DNA of 55,468 bases, the filler included, from Stramenopiles sp. TOSAG23-6 (taxonomy: Eukaryota), in assembly GCA_900128565.1 (NCBI GenBank). It is 4 parts of 4 records of this genome, joined end to end, with 100 filler letters (N's around TTAATTAATTAA, not from the genome) between each part and the next. Parts side by side here need not be neighbours in the genome. Positions count along the whole stretch, not along the records: positions 27,881 to 41,640 come from LT636159.1; positions 41,741 to 55,468 come from LT636160.1; 2 more parts are not named here. One strand, given 5' to 3'. Every line of letters starts with the position of its first letter. Within the stretch, counting starts at the first letter, position 1. The position numbers and the translations under genes are program-made. Under the pieces are notes generated by a model that had not been told where the DNA came from, made no database searches, and worked only from the letters and a program-made list of their open reading frames with translations. Shown here one piece after another: positions 31,612-42,052 of this stretch.

Positions 31612-32396
31612 ATGAGACTTTGTCTTGGAGCGGCTTCACCACTTGGTCTAAACTCCTTACTAAGAACATCAATACAACAAGCTATTATTGTATGAGCACG
31701 TGTAGCCATTGATACAGGAAAACTTTCACCCAAAGCGCCTAAAAGGCGAAGCATTTTCCCTCGAAGGTTAGCTCTATCATGCTTTGTGCTCCCGACATAA
31801 AAGTCATAGATCACCTTGATCAAGGATGGAGCACCCAAGGTAACACTATCAAAGATCTGCAATTTTACTACTCGATAAATTGGGCTTAATGCCTGCTCTT
31901 TAGCTGAATTATTTGGTTCCCTTCGGAAAGCTTGAGAACAAACACTAATCATACGCACTGCTGACTGACCAATGTCTGCCGATAAAGCATTAACGTACGA
32001 ATCAAATAAATCATATAAAACACACCGCGCAGCCTCCAGATCTTTATCTTTACTTATCGATGAAGCTAAGGAGCTATCGATAAATTCAAGTACACTTGGT
32101 GGGCTTTTTGACACAAATAAGAGGGAATTACAGAGAGCTATTCGTGTTGCAGACTTAGATTCGGCCTCTTGCATGACTCTCTCACTTAAAGTATGCGCTA
32201 TATCGCACGCGCTAAGCATATACATTTTATCATCTCCCTTTAGTGTAACATGTAGATTTACTAATAGCTCCTGTATATTGTCATCTACTTGTTCAGTAGA
32301 AGTCATTTTAAGCTCTCTACTAAGATTTTTTACACTGTCATGAAGATGGCAGAATTTTGAGATGTTTTTTCGGTACCTTCGATTAAATTTTGACAT
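31612..32396 (-). CDS. PRKDC: N-terminal HEAT region of a DNA-PKcs-like protein (continuation unresolved)
   Basis: KMLRLLGALGESFPVSM...KEFRPSGEAAPR resembles recalled DNA-PKcs KVYELLGLLGEVHPSEM...REPK; the rest of the ~4000-aa protein is absent. Confidence 0.55.
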
Positions 32397-32585
32397 TTNG
32401 ACCGAGAAAAAAAAAATTTTTTGGCACAAACCTGGAAAATGAGGATATATATAGTCAGCGGCTGTCGGATCCATCTACTACGCCTACCTATATACAGCTA
32501 AAGGCGGTTGTAGATATATACTAACCAACAAACCAATTTACAAAGGCGATTTGTTATAATTGGAACGGGTATAGATATCTCAGAA

Positions 32586-35411
32586 ATGGTTAAACACAAA
32601 ACTAATCTCGAGAATCCATGGGATGGTGAGGACTGGCAATCTGTTGATGTCACTATGGAAACAGCCATGTCTTGGAGTGAAGGGGGATTTCTCGGTCTTG
32701 AAGTTTTAGATGGCAGCACTGTTGAAGTAAAGAAGGGTAAAGGTGGAGTATGCACGATCAAATCCCGTAGGCCAAAGAAAACAAGTAAGCGTAAGCGTAA
32801 GAACACAAGCAAATCAATGTCTTTTGATTTGTCTTCAAAAAGTACGACAATTCCGAAAGACTATGCAACAGGAAAGCCATCGTTGTCAAAAGATGTAGAA
32901 GAATCTCCTTTGATAACTCGTCCTTCAACTATCGACAGTAAGGAGGAATTACGCTCTATAGATGCCCAGATAGCTTTTCTCGAAGCGAAAAAAATTGATG
33001 CTCAGATCAAAGCGTTACAGGCAAAGAAATATTCGCTCACTAAAAGGATAACAGTGACAACTAATTCAGCAAATTCTGAGTCTGAGCCTAATCCTAACAC
33101 TCAGAAAGAAAAGTGTAATAATGTAAATAGTACAACAGTATCAAGTGAAAAGAAGAAGAAGAAACGCAAACGTGACCGAAGTAAAGAACGAGCAGCACGG
33201 AAACGCCGCAAGGCATCTGGAATTACAGTAGCTGAAGAGCGAAAATTATTGAAAAAGAATTTATCTGGTACTGTTCAGAAAAATACGAGAAACAATTCGT
33301 TAGGTACGGAATTTCGTACGAAAAATCATTGTGACATGAGTGCGTGGGAATCTCTTAATCTTCACTCAGATCTTATAGCTAATTTGCAAAAATTAGGTTT
33401 CGATACCCCAACTCCGATACAACTTAAATGTATTGCTGCTGCTGTAACGACAGGCAAAGATGTTCTTGGTGCTGCTGAAACAGGATCCGGTAAAACTCTT
33501 GCGTTTTCATTACCGATTCTTGTACGTTTTAATCTTGAATTTCGAATTTCAATTTTTTTTTCATACGAAATTTCGTACCTAACAAATATTTTTTCTTAAA
33601 ATTGTTTTTTCACAATACATCATCGTTTATTAGAAGAACGTGACATTTTTGAAGCAAAACGAGCACGAGATACTATGGATGGTATTGTAGAACAAGAACA
33701 ACAATCTGAAGATACACGTCTTCGATGTTTGATCATTTGCCCTACTAGAGAACTTGCACTTCAGGTAACCCGTCATATTATAAAAGTATCATGTGATACT
33801 GGTATTAATGTTATGGCTCTTGTAGGTGGTATGGCACAAGTGAAACAGGATCGATTACTTGCGAAACGTCCTGAGATTATTGTTGGAACTCCTGGACGTT
33901 TATGGCAATTAATGAGAGATGGTCAAGAGCATTTAAATGATCTTTCAGCAGTTAATTTTCTAGCAATAGACGAAGCGGATCGAATGGCATCTCCTGGAAG
34001 TTATCCAGAATTAAAAATGATTTTTGAAAAATTGAAAAAATCAGATGAATTAGTTGAATCAGGATCAATGTTTAGTAGAAAGGCGCAAATGTTTAATGAT
34101 CTCGCTGATTTTGATGACGATGTAGTGAATTTGTCTGAGGATGATGAAGATGACATTGTATCTAGTGATGTGAATGATGATGTAAATGAAGAAGAAAATC
34201 GTACAAATTCATTACCAATGAATGCTGTTTCTCCAAATACTCAAAAACAAAAGAAACAATTAAAGAAACAAGGTCGAAGATATAGTAGAGTACATCGCCA
34301 AGTACTTCTCTTTTCAGCAACTTTAACAATTGGTCAAGAAGGACGTGAACAACGAAAAAGTAACAAAAACAATAATCAAAATGTACAAAACTCTGGTAGT
34401 ATTGATAAGAATATTTATTCTTTAGCTCTTCTTTGTGGTTGTGGCAAATTTTCTACACCTGCAATCATTGATGTTACTACGGCATCTACAAAAACACCAT
34501 CCAAGACTGAAATAATTCAATATGGGAAAAAAAAATCTCAATTTTCACTTCCTGATGGTCTTGAACTTTGTCAAATATTTTGTTCGGATGATGAGAAAGA
34601 TGCATATCTTTATTATTTTTTTTCAGAATATGCTGGGAGGACACTTATTTTTGTGAATGCTATATCACATGTAAAACGATTAACTGTTTTATTACAACTT
34701 TTGAAACTTCCTGCGTACTCTTTACATGCAAAAATGCAGCAACGTGCGCGCCTTAAAAATCTTGATCGATTTCGTGCAGAAAAAAATACTATCTTAGTTG
34801 CGACTGACGTTGCTGCTCGTGGATTAGATATTCCTTTAGTGGAACATGTTGTTAATTATCATTTGCCACGATCTACTGAATTATTCGTTCATCGTAGTGG
34901 ACGTACAGCTAGAGCAAATACAGAAGGAATTAGTATTTCGCTTGTGGCAGCACAGGAACAATCTCTATATAGAACAACATGTAATGTTTTAGGAATGCCT
35001 CAAGGTCTTGCTGCGTTCCCTGTAGATTTGTCTTCTATGAAACAATTACACACTCGTTGTAATATAGCCAAAAAATTAGCAATTTTACAAGTAAAACTTT
35101 CTAAAAAAAAAAGTAAAAATAATTGGTTAATTCAAGCTGCAAGGGACGCTGATATTGTTATGGATGAAAATCTTCGACACGAAATGTCTAATAATGGTTC
35201 TGATGAAAAACGTCAAAAAGTTTTAGTTGCTCAATTAGCAGCGGAAATGAATAGACCTTTACTTGGTCGAGTCAGAGGAGGGATGTTGAAGGTTAAGGTA
35301 GCACATGCCGAAGCAAGTACAAAAAAGAAAAGATCTCAGGAAAAAGCGAAACTAACACGAAAAGCAGCAAGCGATCTCCGATATTCCGGTTCAATGAATG
35401 GATTTAACTGA
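32586..35411 (+). CDS. DDX24: DEAD-box RNA helicase DDX24/Mak5; exons 32586-33521, 33621-35411
   Basis: [10 protein letters not shown]-terminal motif, [46 protein letters not shown]. Confidence 0.92.
33522..33620 (+). other. GT-AT family intron (99 nt)
   Basis: ATT CTT|GTACGT...TTTCGTACCTAAC...CACAATACAT|CAT CGT; contains a stop and no AG; no upstream AT, so an AT-AC reading is impossible. Confidence 0.85.
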
Positions 35412-35563
35412 TATAAATTTAATAAAGAAGAAAAATAAAAATAAAGATTTACTCGCAAACAGAATTGAAACTTAATGTACAATGTCTCTCAACGTCAACA
35501 ACAAAACAGCACCCAATCTCAATCGAGTTCTCTTACATCATTCCTGTGATAATTTTATTTTTA

Positions 35564-38010
35564 TTAATCCTTGTACATATTCTCCTTTCTCGCAATCTTC
35601 GCTTTTGACTCGGTAGTTCTACGTAGATGTCTCGTAAAAGATGTACTTGCACCATTTGAATAAAGGTCCTTAGCAAGATCCGAAAGATCATTCATTGAAC
35701 TTTCGAAATCGAGTCCATTAATCGTGTTTCTAATTGCTCGCCCGTTCAATCCGGCAGCTTTTTCACCTTCAGGCGTATCCGGATATACAAAACACATAGC
35801 CCCGGGTAATCCAGGGGGGGCAAAGCAAGAAAATATCCCATATCTCGCCTTATAATCAAAATAGGTGAAGTCACCCAATACTTCAGGAAGCACATGAATG
35901 ATCACTGCATCACCAAGCACTGCACACGATTCCTGCTTTATCTTTGTTAGCGTTCGTTTTTCAGTGAGAAGACAAGCAGCACGAGCATTTGGTTTACTAT
36001 CGGTTCTGGAAAATTCTCTCTTTACAAAAACAATTTTTATTTCACCCTCCAATCCTGAATTTTCTCGTCTTGACGTTTCAATAGCTAGCTTATCAACAGA
36101 TACATCAAATACTGTATTCGCAATGTTTGCTATACAGCCATTGACATTTGTACTCGACGACACAAACGTTGCATAAGGCATTTTAGATGAATCACCAGGA
36201 AACACAACAATAGAAATTAAATTACCTCGATGTTCACTTCGTCGCTTTGTTTTACAAACCTGTTTGTGGGAATAATTGTGCATTGTTGACTTACCTTTCC
36301 AGTCTAGTTTTTGACCTATGTTGATTGTTATAAAGAATGAAATATTAGTTAGTACACAACTTGTGAATATCATAGATGAAATCTTGGATTCTGTCAAATA
36401 ATGCTCCAATGTAACGTACACGTTTTCCCACAATATTTCACGGATTCACATCTTCCGCAGCTAAAAAATGTATTTTTTAAAGATTCTTTTGTTCCACAAT
36501 TTGCACATATATTTACAGGCATAGGCAATTGAATAATCCGACCAGTATTAGCAGCATCTTGACCTTCTTCGTCCTCTGACTCATTATATGCACCTGCCGC
36601 ATTTTGTCTCTCACGAAATTTTGCACGCATTTCAGGTTGTTTTTCCAATACTTTCGACTGCATTGTCACTCCTTTATCCTCCTCTTGCTGTTCCATTATA
36701 ATTGTTCTACCACATATTTGATCCTCTGAATACGACTGGGTTACCCAAAAGGTCGCAAAAATCGAGCCTTGATCAGCAAATTCTTGAAGTTTCTCTTTCG
36801 TTGAGAGATCCCACATCTTTTCATCATACAGAAATCCCTCCGCTTTACTAGCATGTTTCATTCTCCCATAGCCATATCGCAATTTTTCCCAACCTTTCAG
36901 AACCTTTTCTAACTCTAACCTTAATGCAGACTTGTCTTCTACAAGCCTAATCAAACGTTTCAATTCCTTGCGAATAGTTTTAAACCGTAAGATAGAGCTC
37001 CAAAACTGTTGCGGGTCTACCGCTGCAAATATAGTTGGTTCAAGGCGGTTCGTGTCACCAATAGCCACAGCGGTTCTTAAGTACATTAAAGCCTCCTCAG
37101 GACCATAATCAAGAAATCTCTCTTGACGTGCAACAGATTTTTTTGTCTTGTCAGCAGAAAGGTGCATATATCGCACCTCTAAAGAGTCGTCACGCTCAGG
37201 ATGTGGACAGGGGTATATTAAGTAAGAGCCGTTAGTCACGGCACCCATGCGCTCTGCGGAAAGGTCTTCCTTAGCATCGCGAATGCGATGAGGTGTAAAC
37301 TTACCATAGATAGAGCCTTTTGCTTTTTTTCGTCTTGCAATTGATTTACGTAGAAGTGCATCATCATCGGCAATTTTACAAAAATTAGCCAAGATTGATT
37401 CATCGAGAAGCGGAAAATCATCATTGCACTGGAGTTTATTACAATATCTTGCAACATTTAAATCGGTAAAGTCTAGAACAACTTGTTTCGAGAGAGGTGA
37501 AGTATGAACTAAGCCTGAAATTGCCATTTTCAAGTTACCACGAAACCGACAGCAATCCCCAGAAAGATACTGCCGATCAGTTTCTTGCCCAAGGATGCAA
37601 ATAGCATTGAAGTTTTTCGTTCGCAGATTTTTACGGCCTACACCAACACCACATGGTGTGCACTCTAATATATCGAAATTCGCAGGTTGCAGTGATTTTT
37701 TTCCTTTTTGACCGTCTAGATGACATGCAAATCGTCCATTAGTCTGCTTGTTAATAATTTCACCTACACTGCCATTACATTTACGACCGGTCTCACTCTT
37801 TAACCCATGCACACAAATCAATGAACGAGGTTTTGGTCCCATCCCTTGACTTACAAGAAACTGGCGGTATTCCTCAGGAGTGAAAAATGATTTCAAAGCA
37901 TCCCAGCCTTTCGGACTTTTTGTGCACTCACCTAGAAGCCTTTTGAATTCTGCTTTTCGGCCTTCCTGCATCATACTCAATAATTTCTCGAATTCTGCAT
38001 CATTTCCCAT
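35564..38010 (-). CDS. MYND zinc-finger protein; exons 38010-36420, 36315-35564
   Basis: CANC...CGRC..VKYCGKT-C|QKLDW...HKQVC after splicing; N-terminal VHGLKSETGRKCNGSVG motif. Confidence 0.8.
36316..36419 (-). other. Canonical GT-AG intron (104 nt) with TACTAAC branch point
   Basis: ACG T|GTACGT...GTACTAAC...AACATAG|GT CAA restores the MYND Cys; ending at the preceding AT would create a TAG stop. Confidence 0.85.
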
Positions 38011-38284
38011 GATCAAAGAATAGCAAACTGGTTAATTAAATTTTCTCTTTGAATGGATGGATACTACTGGAAAAATATAGTTTAAAGAAAAGAAACAAAA
38101 TACTAGTAGATTGAACTGGATCAACATTTATATAAATCCCATTATTTCGTGTTTTGTTGACTAGCAAAAGTAGCAGATGTCTTACATCATTCGCGGATGG
38201 TTCTTCTTACGCAAGAAAGACATAGATCATTACTGAATTGGGATTTATTCACGTGTTTTTACCCACGACATTGTTATCACAAGT

Positions 38285-38920
38285 ATGGCACTTCCTGCAA
38301 AACTTGGTTTAATGATTCTAAAGGTTGGTGTAAAGCCATTTGCGAATGCTTTAAAAGAAAGAGCTGCCACGAATGAAGCCTTCGCAAAAACTTGTGCTTC
38401 ATTGGGCCGAAGGGCCACTCGTATGACTGCTTATTTAAAAATTCGCGCAGCTGGCCATGAACCCAAGGTAATTAAGGACACATTATCTAACAAAGCCGCG
38501 GTGAAGCGGGGTAGTGAAGTAATTGCTGAGCTCCTAATATTTAGTATAGTGGGTACAGCTACAGTTGGTGTATTTTCCCAAAAGTCTTACCAGGAAGAAA
38601 TAGAGAAGAAAGAAAAAGAAGAAAGGTTGGACGCTAGATTTAGAGCTTTAAGCGAGTCTGTAGATAAATTACAACAACAAATCAATGAATTGAGAAATAC
38701 TTTGGAAGATACGAAGGCCAAAGTGTCTGTAGAAAAATTGAAAAAAGGTGGTAATGTTTTGAGTGTTTCACGTGCAACCAAAGAAATTGAAGATAATAGG
38801 TCAATGTTGAATAGTAAGTTTTATTTTTGGTGGGATGATGCTTATGCATTGATGTGTTCAAGGATCAATGGCTTGGTGTATTCATGTGGACAAATGTTAA
38901 TGCAATGGTATCGATATTAA
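38285..38920 (+). CDS. OPA3: OPA3-like protein
   Basis: KLGLMILKVGVKPFANALK...AVKRGSEVIAELLIFSI, followed by a coiled coil. Confidence 0.82.
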   Translation: MALPAKLGLMILKVGVKPFANALKERAATNEAFAKTCASLGRRATRMTAYLKIRAAGHEPKVIKDTLSNKAAVKRGSEVIAELLIFSIVGTATVGVFSQKSYQEEIEKKEKEERLDARFRALSESVDKLQQQINELRNTLEDTKAKVSVEKLKKGGNVLSVSRATKEIEDNRSMLNSKFYFWWDDAYALMCSRINGLVYSCGQMLMQWYRY

Positions 38921-38953
38921 TATAAACTTTTCTTTGTAGACTTTTTTTAAATC

Positions 38954-39081
38954 TTTTATTCTTTTCGTTGAAGCAAAGAAGACGAGTTTTTTTTTTTTTT
39001 TTTTAAATCTTTTATTCTTTTCGTTGAAGCAAAGAAGACGAGGTTTCTTTTATTCTTTTCGTTGAAGCAAAGAAGACGAGG
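38954..39081. repeat. Three copies of the CEP44 3' end including its stop codon
   Basis: TTTTATTCTTTTCGTTGAAGCAAAGAAGACGAG x3, with a long T run between two copies. Confidence 0.85.
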
Positions 39082-41002
39082 TTTCTTCAAAACGTCTACG
39101 AACTTCACTTATCCACTCAGGCATTGATGATGACTGTTTCGTTTTCCCCCATTCATGTATTGAATGATATGTAGTTTCTTCTTTACTAGTTTTGACATTT
39201 TTTATTTTTCGTTGATTTAGTTTTATATTTTGATTTTGATTTGATTTTCGATCTTTTTTATTTTCCTCATTTGCTTTTTGATTACATTGAATTACATTTT
39301 GCTTAATATTTTCCTGACACTGATTTTCTTTAGTACAACCTTCTTTCATAGAAGATACTTCAAATGCTGGTTTTTGCTTTATTAAACTATGCTTCACTTT
39401 TTTTGGAATGGTGAATTCTTCTGGATTTTCTGCATTGGCTTTCAAACAAAGATTCCCAAAACAACCATTAGGAAAACTGTTCATACTATTATTATTATCA
39501 TTCTTTTTCACAGAATCATTTTGTTGCTTTTTATTAATTTCGATAGCATCCAAACTATTTAGAACTGATGGTTCATGATCAGTAACTGTTGGTAGAACTG
39601 AATTTACTTTCTTCTCTATTTGTTTTTCTAGGTGATTTAGTCTCATTTTTATCAAAGTAAAAGAGTCATTTTGCTGAGAAGCAGGTTTGCTCACAATGTT
39701 GTTGCGTTCCACTTTATTCATTCTTCCTTCTAACAATAGCATTCTAGCCGATAAAGTTTCCGCCACGTCTTTCATTTGTTTTGCAATTTCTGCAACTTGA
39801 CGAGTTATACTTTCCAAGACGAAGACATTTTGTATATTTTGTGTATTTTCTTCGTTTTGTGTATTTTGTGTATTTTGTATATTTTGTGTATCTTGTATAT
39901 TTAGTGTATTTTGTATATTTTGTGTATTTAGTGTATTTTGTATATTTTGTGTATTATGCGTGTTTTGTATATTTTGTGCATTGTGTATGTTTATTTTGTT
40001 TGTATATGTATTCTCCTCTTCTTTTTCTTTCTGTGGTACAACCGTCAGATCCAGAGGGGTAAAACTTGACGAATTTGAATCCGTACTACATTTCGAACCT
40101 AATGAATTTCGACTTTGCTGAGTGTCACCTTCTTTATTATTATCCTCTTGGACGAGCTGTTCAGGTTTATTCTCCAATGTATAACATACTCTATTTTCTT
40201 GAATTATATTAGATGTATTATCAGTTGCATAACGATTATTTGAAGAGTCATCAAAATTAATACTTTGCTGAAGCGGGCTAGGGTTAGGGTTAGTCATCGT
40301 TTTTTTCTGAAGCATTTCCTTATAAATACTCTGCTGTAGCGTAGGCTGCTTAACTTTTTCATCGACTCGTCGTTTCATCCATAACTTATCAGAAGATAAT
40401 CTTGCCTCTGCACGAAAGACTGCGGAGTTTGTTGCAGCGCGACCACTCTCTCGCTTTCCTTTCAAAGCATTCCGTCGATTCAATACAACTTTTTGTTTTT
40501 CTGTGATAAGTTTACCTTCCTTTACAGCTTTTACAGCCGCAATGCGTTGAGCCCTTCTTACATTTACATCAGTGGTATCCAATTTTCTGTCTTTTCTGGG
40601 TCTCTGAATATTCTTTAGTTTACGTTGACGCTCAGTGTGCTTTTGAAAACACAAATCAATGCACTCACAAAGAAAGATTATTTTCTGTTCTACAAAACCA
40701 TTGGAAAGTAATTGTTGCGAGGTTAGCCGAAGCCGATGATTAAAACTTCGCTGTATTACACGGAGGATTCCACTCACAAAATCTGAATCTGTCTTTGCAT
40801 ACAGGTCGAAACCACTATCAGTAATTAATCTAGCGACATGGCGTGAATAGTCAAGAAAAATATAGTGTAATAGGGGGAGAAAAGACTTTGGGTCACCAAG
40901 AGATAGAGATTCAAAAGAGATTTCACGAGGATACGCTATTCGCTTTAATTGCCCCTTTAATTTGATGAAATTGTTCTGCATGTCACCTGTAGAGTGTAAC
41001 AT
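39050..41002 (-). CDS. CEP44: Centrosomal protein CEP44-like
   Basis: TGDMQNN...LKRIAYP...GDPKSFLPLLHY.FLDYS...DLYAKTD..FV; internal NTQNIQ repeat at ~39826-39985. Confidence 0.82.
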   Translation of the reverse strand: MLHSTGDMQNNFIKLKGQLKRIAYPREISFESLSLGDPKSFLPLLHYIFLDYSRHVARLITDSGFDLYAKTDSDFVSGILRVIQRSFNHRLRLTSQQLLSNGFVEQKIIFLCECIDLCFQKHTERQRKLKNIQRPRKDRKLDTTDVNVRRAQRIAAVKAVKEGKLITEKQKVVLNRRNALKGKRESGRAATNSAVFRAEARLSSDKLWMKRRVDEKVKQPTLQQSIYKEMLQKKTMTNPNPSPLQQSINFDDSSNNRYATDNTSNIIQENRVCYTLENKPEQLVQEDNNKEGDTQQSRNSLGSKCSTDSNSSSFTPLDLTVVPQKEKEEENTYTNKINIHNAQNIQNTHNTQNIQNTLNTQNIQNTLNIQDTQNIQNTQNTQNEENTQNIQNVFVLESITRQVAEIAKQMKDVAETLSARMLLLEGRMNKVERNNIVSKPASQQNDSFTLIKMRLNHLEKQIEKKVNSVLPTVTDHEPSVLNSLDAIEINKKQQNDSVKKNDNNNSMNSFPNGCFGNLCLKANAENPEEFTIPKKVKHSLIKQKPAFEVSSMKEGCTKENQCQENIKQNVIQCNQKANEENKKDRKSNQNQNIKLNQRKIKNVKTSKEETTYHSIHEWGKTKQSSSMPEWISEVRRRFEETSSSLLQRKE

Positions 41003-41185
41003 TGTGTAGAATAACCCGGGGGTTCGGAATTCACGAAGCTCTCTTTTTTGGCTGTAAATTTTCTTCAATTTTTTTCTTGCCAAAATCTCCGTTTATTTCA
41101 AATTCGAAAATGTTGAGATTTTCTCAGAGGCAAAATTTTTACTAATACTAATAAATGAAACGATTATTATATAAGTCTACTACAT

Positions 41186-41352
41186 AATATTTTCAAGACT
41201 TTTTTATTTTTTGTTTTTTTTACCCTAAAATTTAAAAATATTTTCAAGACTTTTTTATTCTTTTTGGTTTTTCAAATATTTTCAAGACTTTTTTATTCTT
41301 TTTGGTTTTTTAAATATTTTCAAGACTTTTTTATTCTTTTTGGTTTTTTAAA
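41186..41352. repeat. ~37-bp repeat (AATATTTTCAAGACTTTTTTATTCTTTTTGGTTTTT, about 4 copies) spanning the NDUFAF7-like stop codon
   Basis: Visible direct repeats at ~41186, 41237, 41275 and 41313. Confidence 0.8.
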
Positions 41353-41485
41353 TGGTTAAAACCAGCAACATCTCCTTTTTCTGTAATGGCAAATGCTTTG
41401 TATATATGACCCATTTCCTGTGGCTCCATCAATCTTTTATATCCATCCACGATATTTTTTGCTTCTTCTTCATCAGCAGCATGCC
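41331..41485 (-). CDS. Terminal exon of an NDUFAF7/MidA-like methyltransferase (not in the ORF track)
   Basis: Manual translation HAADEEEAKNIVDGYKRLMEPQEMGHIYKAFAITEKGDVAGFNHLKNQKE* resembles the RL..P..MG..FK...GF C-terminus. Confidence 0.6.
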
Positions 41486-41574
41486 ATGTAAAGAAATATT
41501 TGAAATTATAAATTTGTTAGGTACAAAATTTGGTGCGAAAAAAATTAAAATTAAAATTCATGATGAAAATGTAC
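41486..41574 (-). other. GT-AT family intron-like unit (89 nt), directly preceded by the 3' part of another copy (41575-41640)
   Basis: Minus strand GCCAT|GTACATTTT...AAATTTTGTACCTAAC...AAATATTTCTTTACAT|GG CAT. Confidence 0.6.
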
Positions 41575-41640
41575 ATGGCAAAAAAAAAAAAAAAAAAAAA
41601 ATAAAAAATTTGTTTAGGTAAAAAATTTTGTACCAAAAAA

Positions 41641-41740
41641 NNNNNNNNNNNNNNNNNNNNNNNNNNNNNNNNNNNNNNNNNNNNTTAATTAATTAANNNN
41701 NNNNNNNNNNNNNNNNNNNNNNNNNNNNNNNNNNNNNNNN
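41641..41740. other. Artificial contig linker
   Basis: N44-TTAATTAATTAA-N44. Confidence 0.97.
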
Positions 41741-42052
41741 AATGAATTATCAAGTACAATTCAATAATTCATAAAATATGATAGGATATATTACATTTCA
41801 AAAAAAAAGAAAAATTAGGCACAAAAAGAGGGTACCAGAAACTAACTTGATAATATTGATTTGAATACGTACTAACCCTAACCCTAGCTAATTATATTCG
41901 CGTCAAATAATGACGATGAGTCAAGCGCGAATCGAAACAGATGGATTAACTTTACGTTTAGTCCTCCTTGGATTGAAATTAATTATTGGTCTTTTCAAGT
42001 TCAAGTGATTGTCGCTCACCACAGTATAATTTAATTTAACAAAATTATAAGG

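Noticed and set aside
39826-39985. 9/18-bp repeat tract in CEP44
   Set aside because: Ordinary coding minisatellite (NTQNIQ) in a disordered linker.
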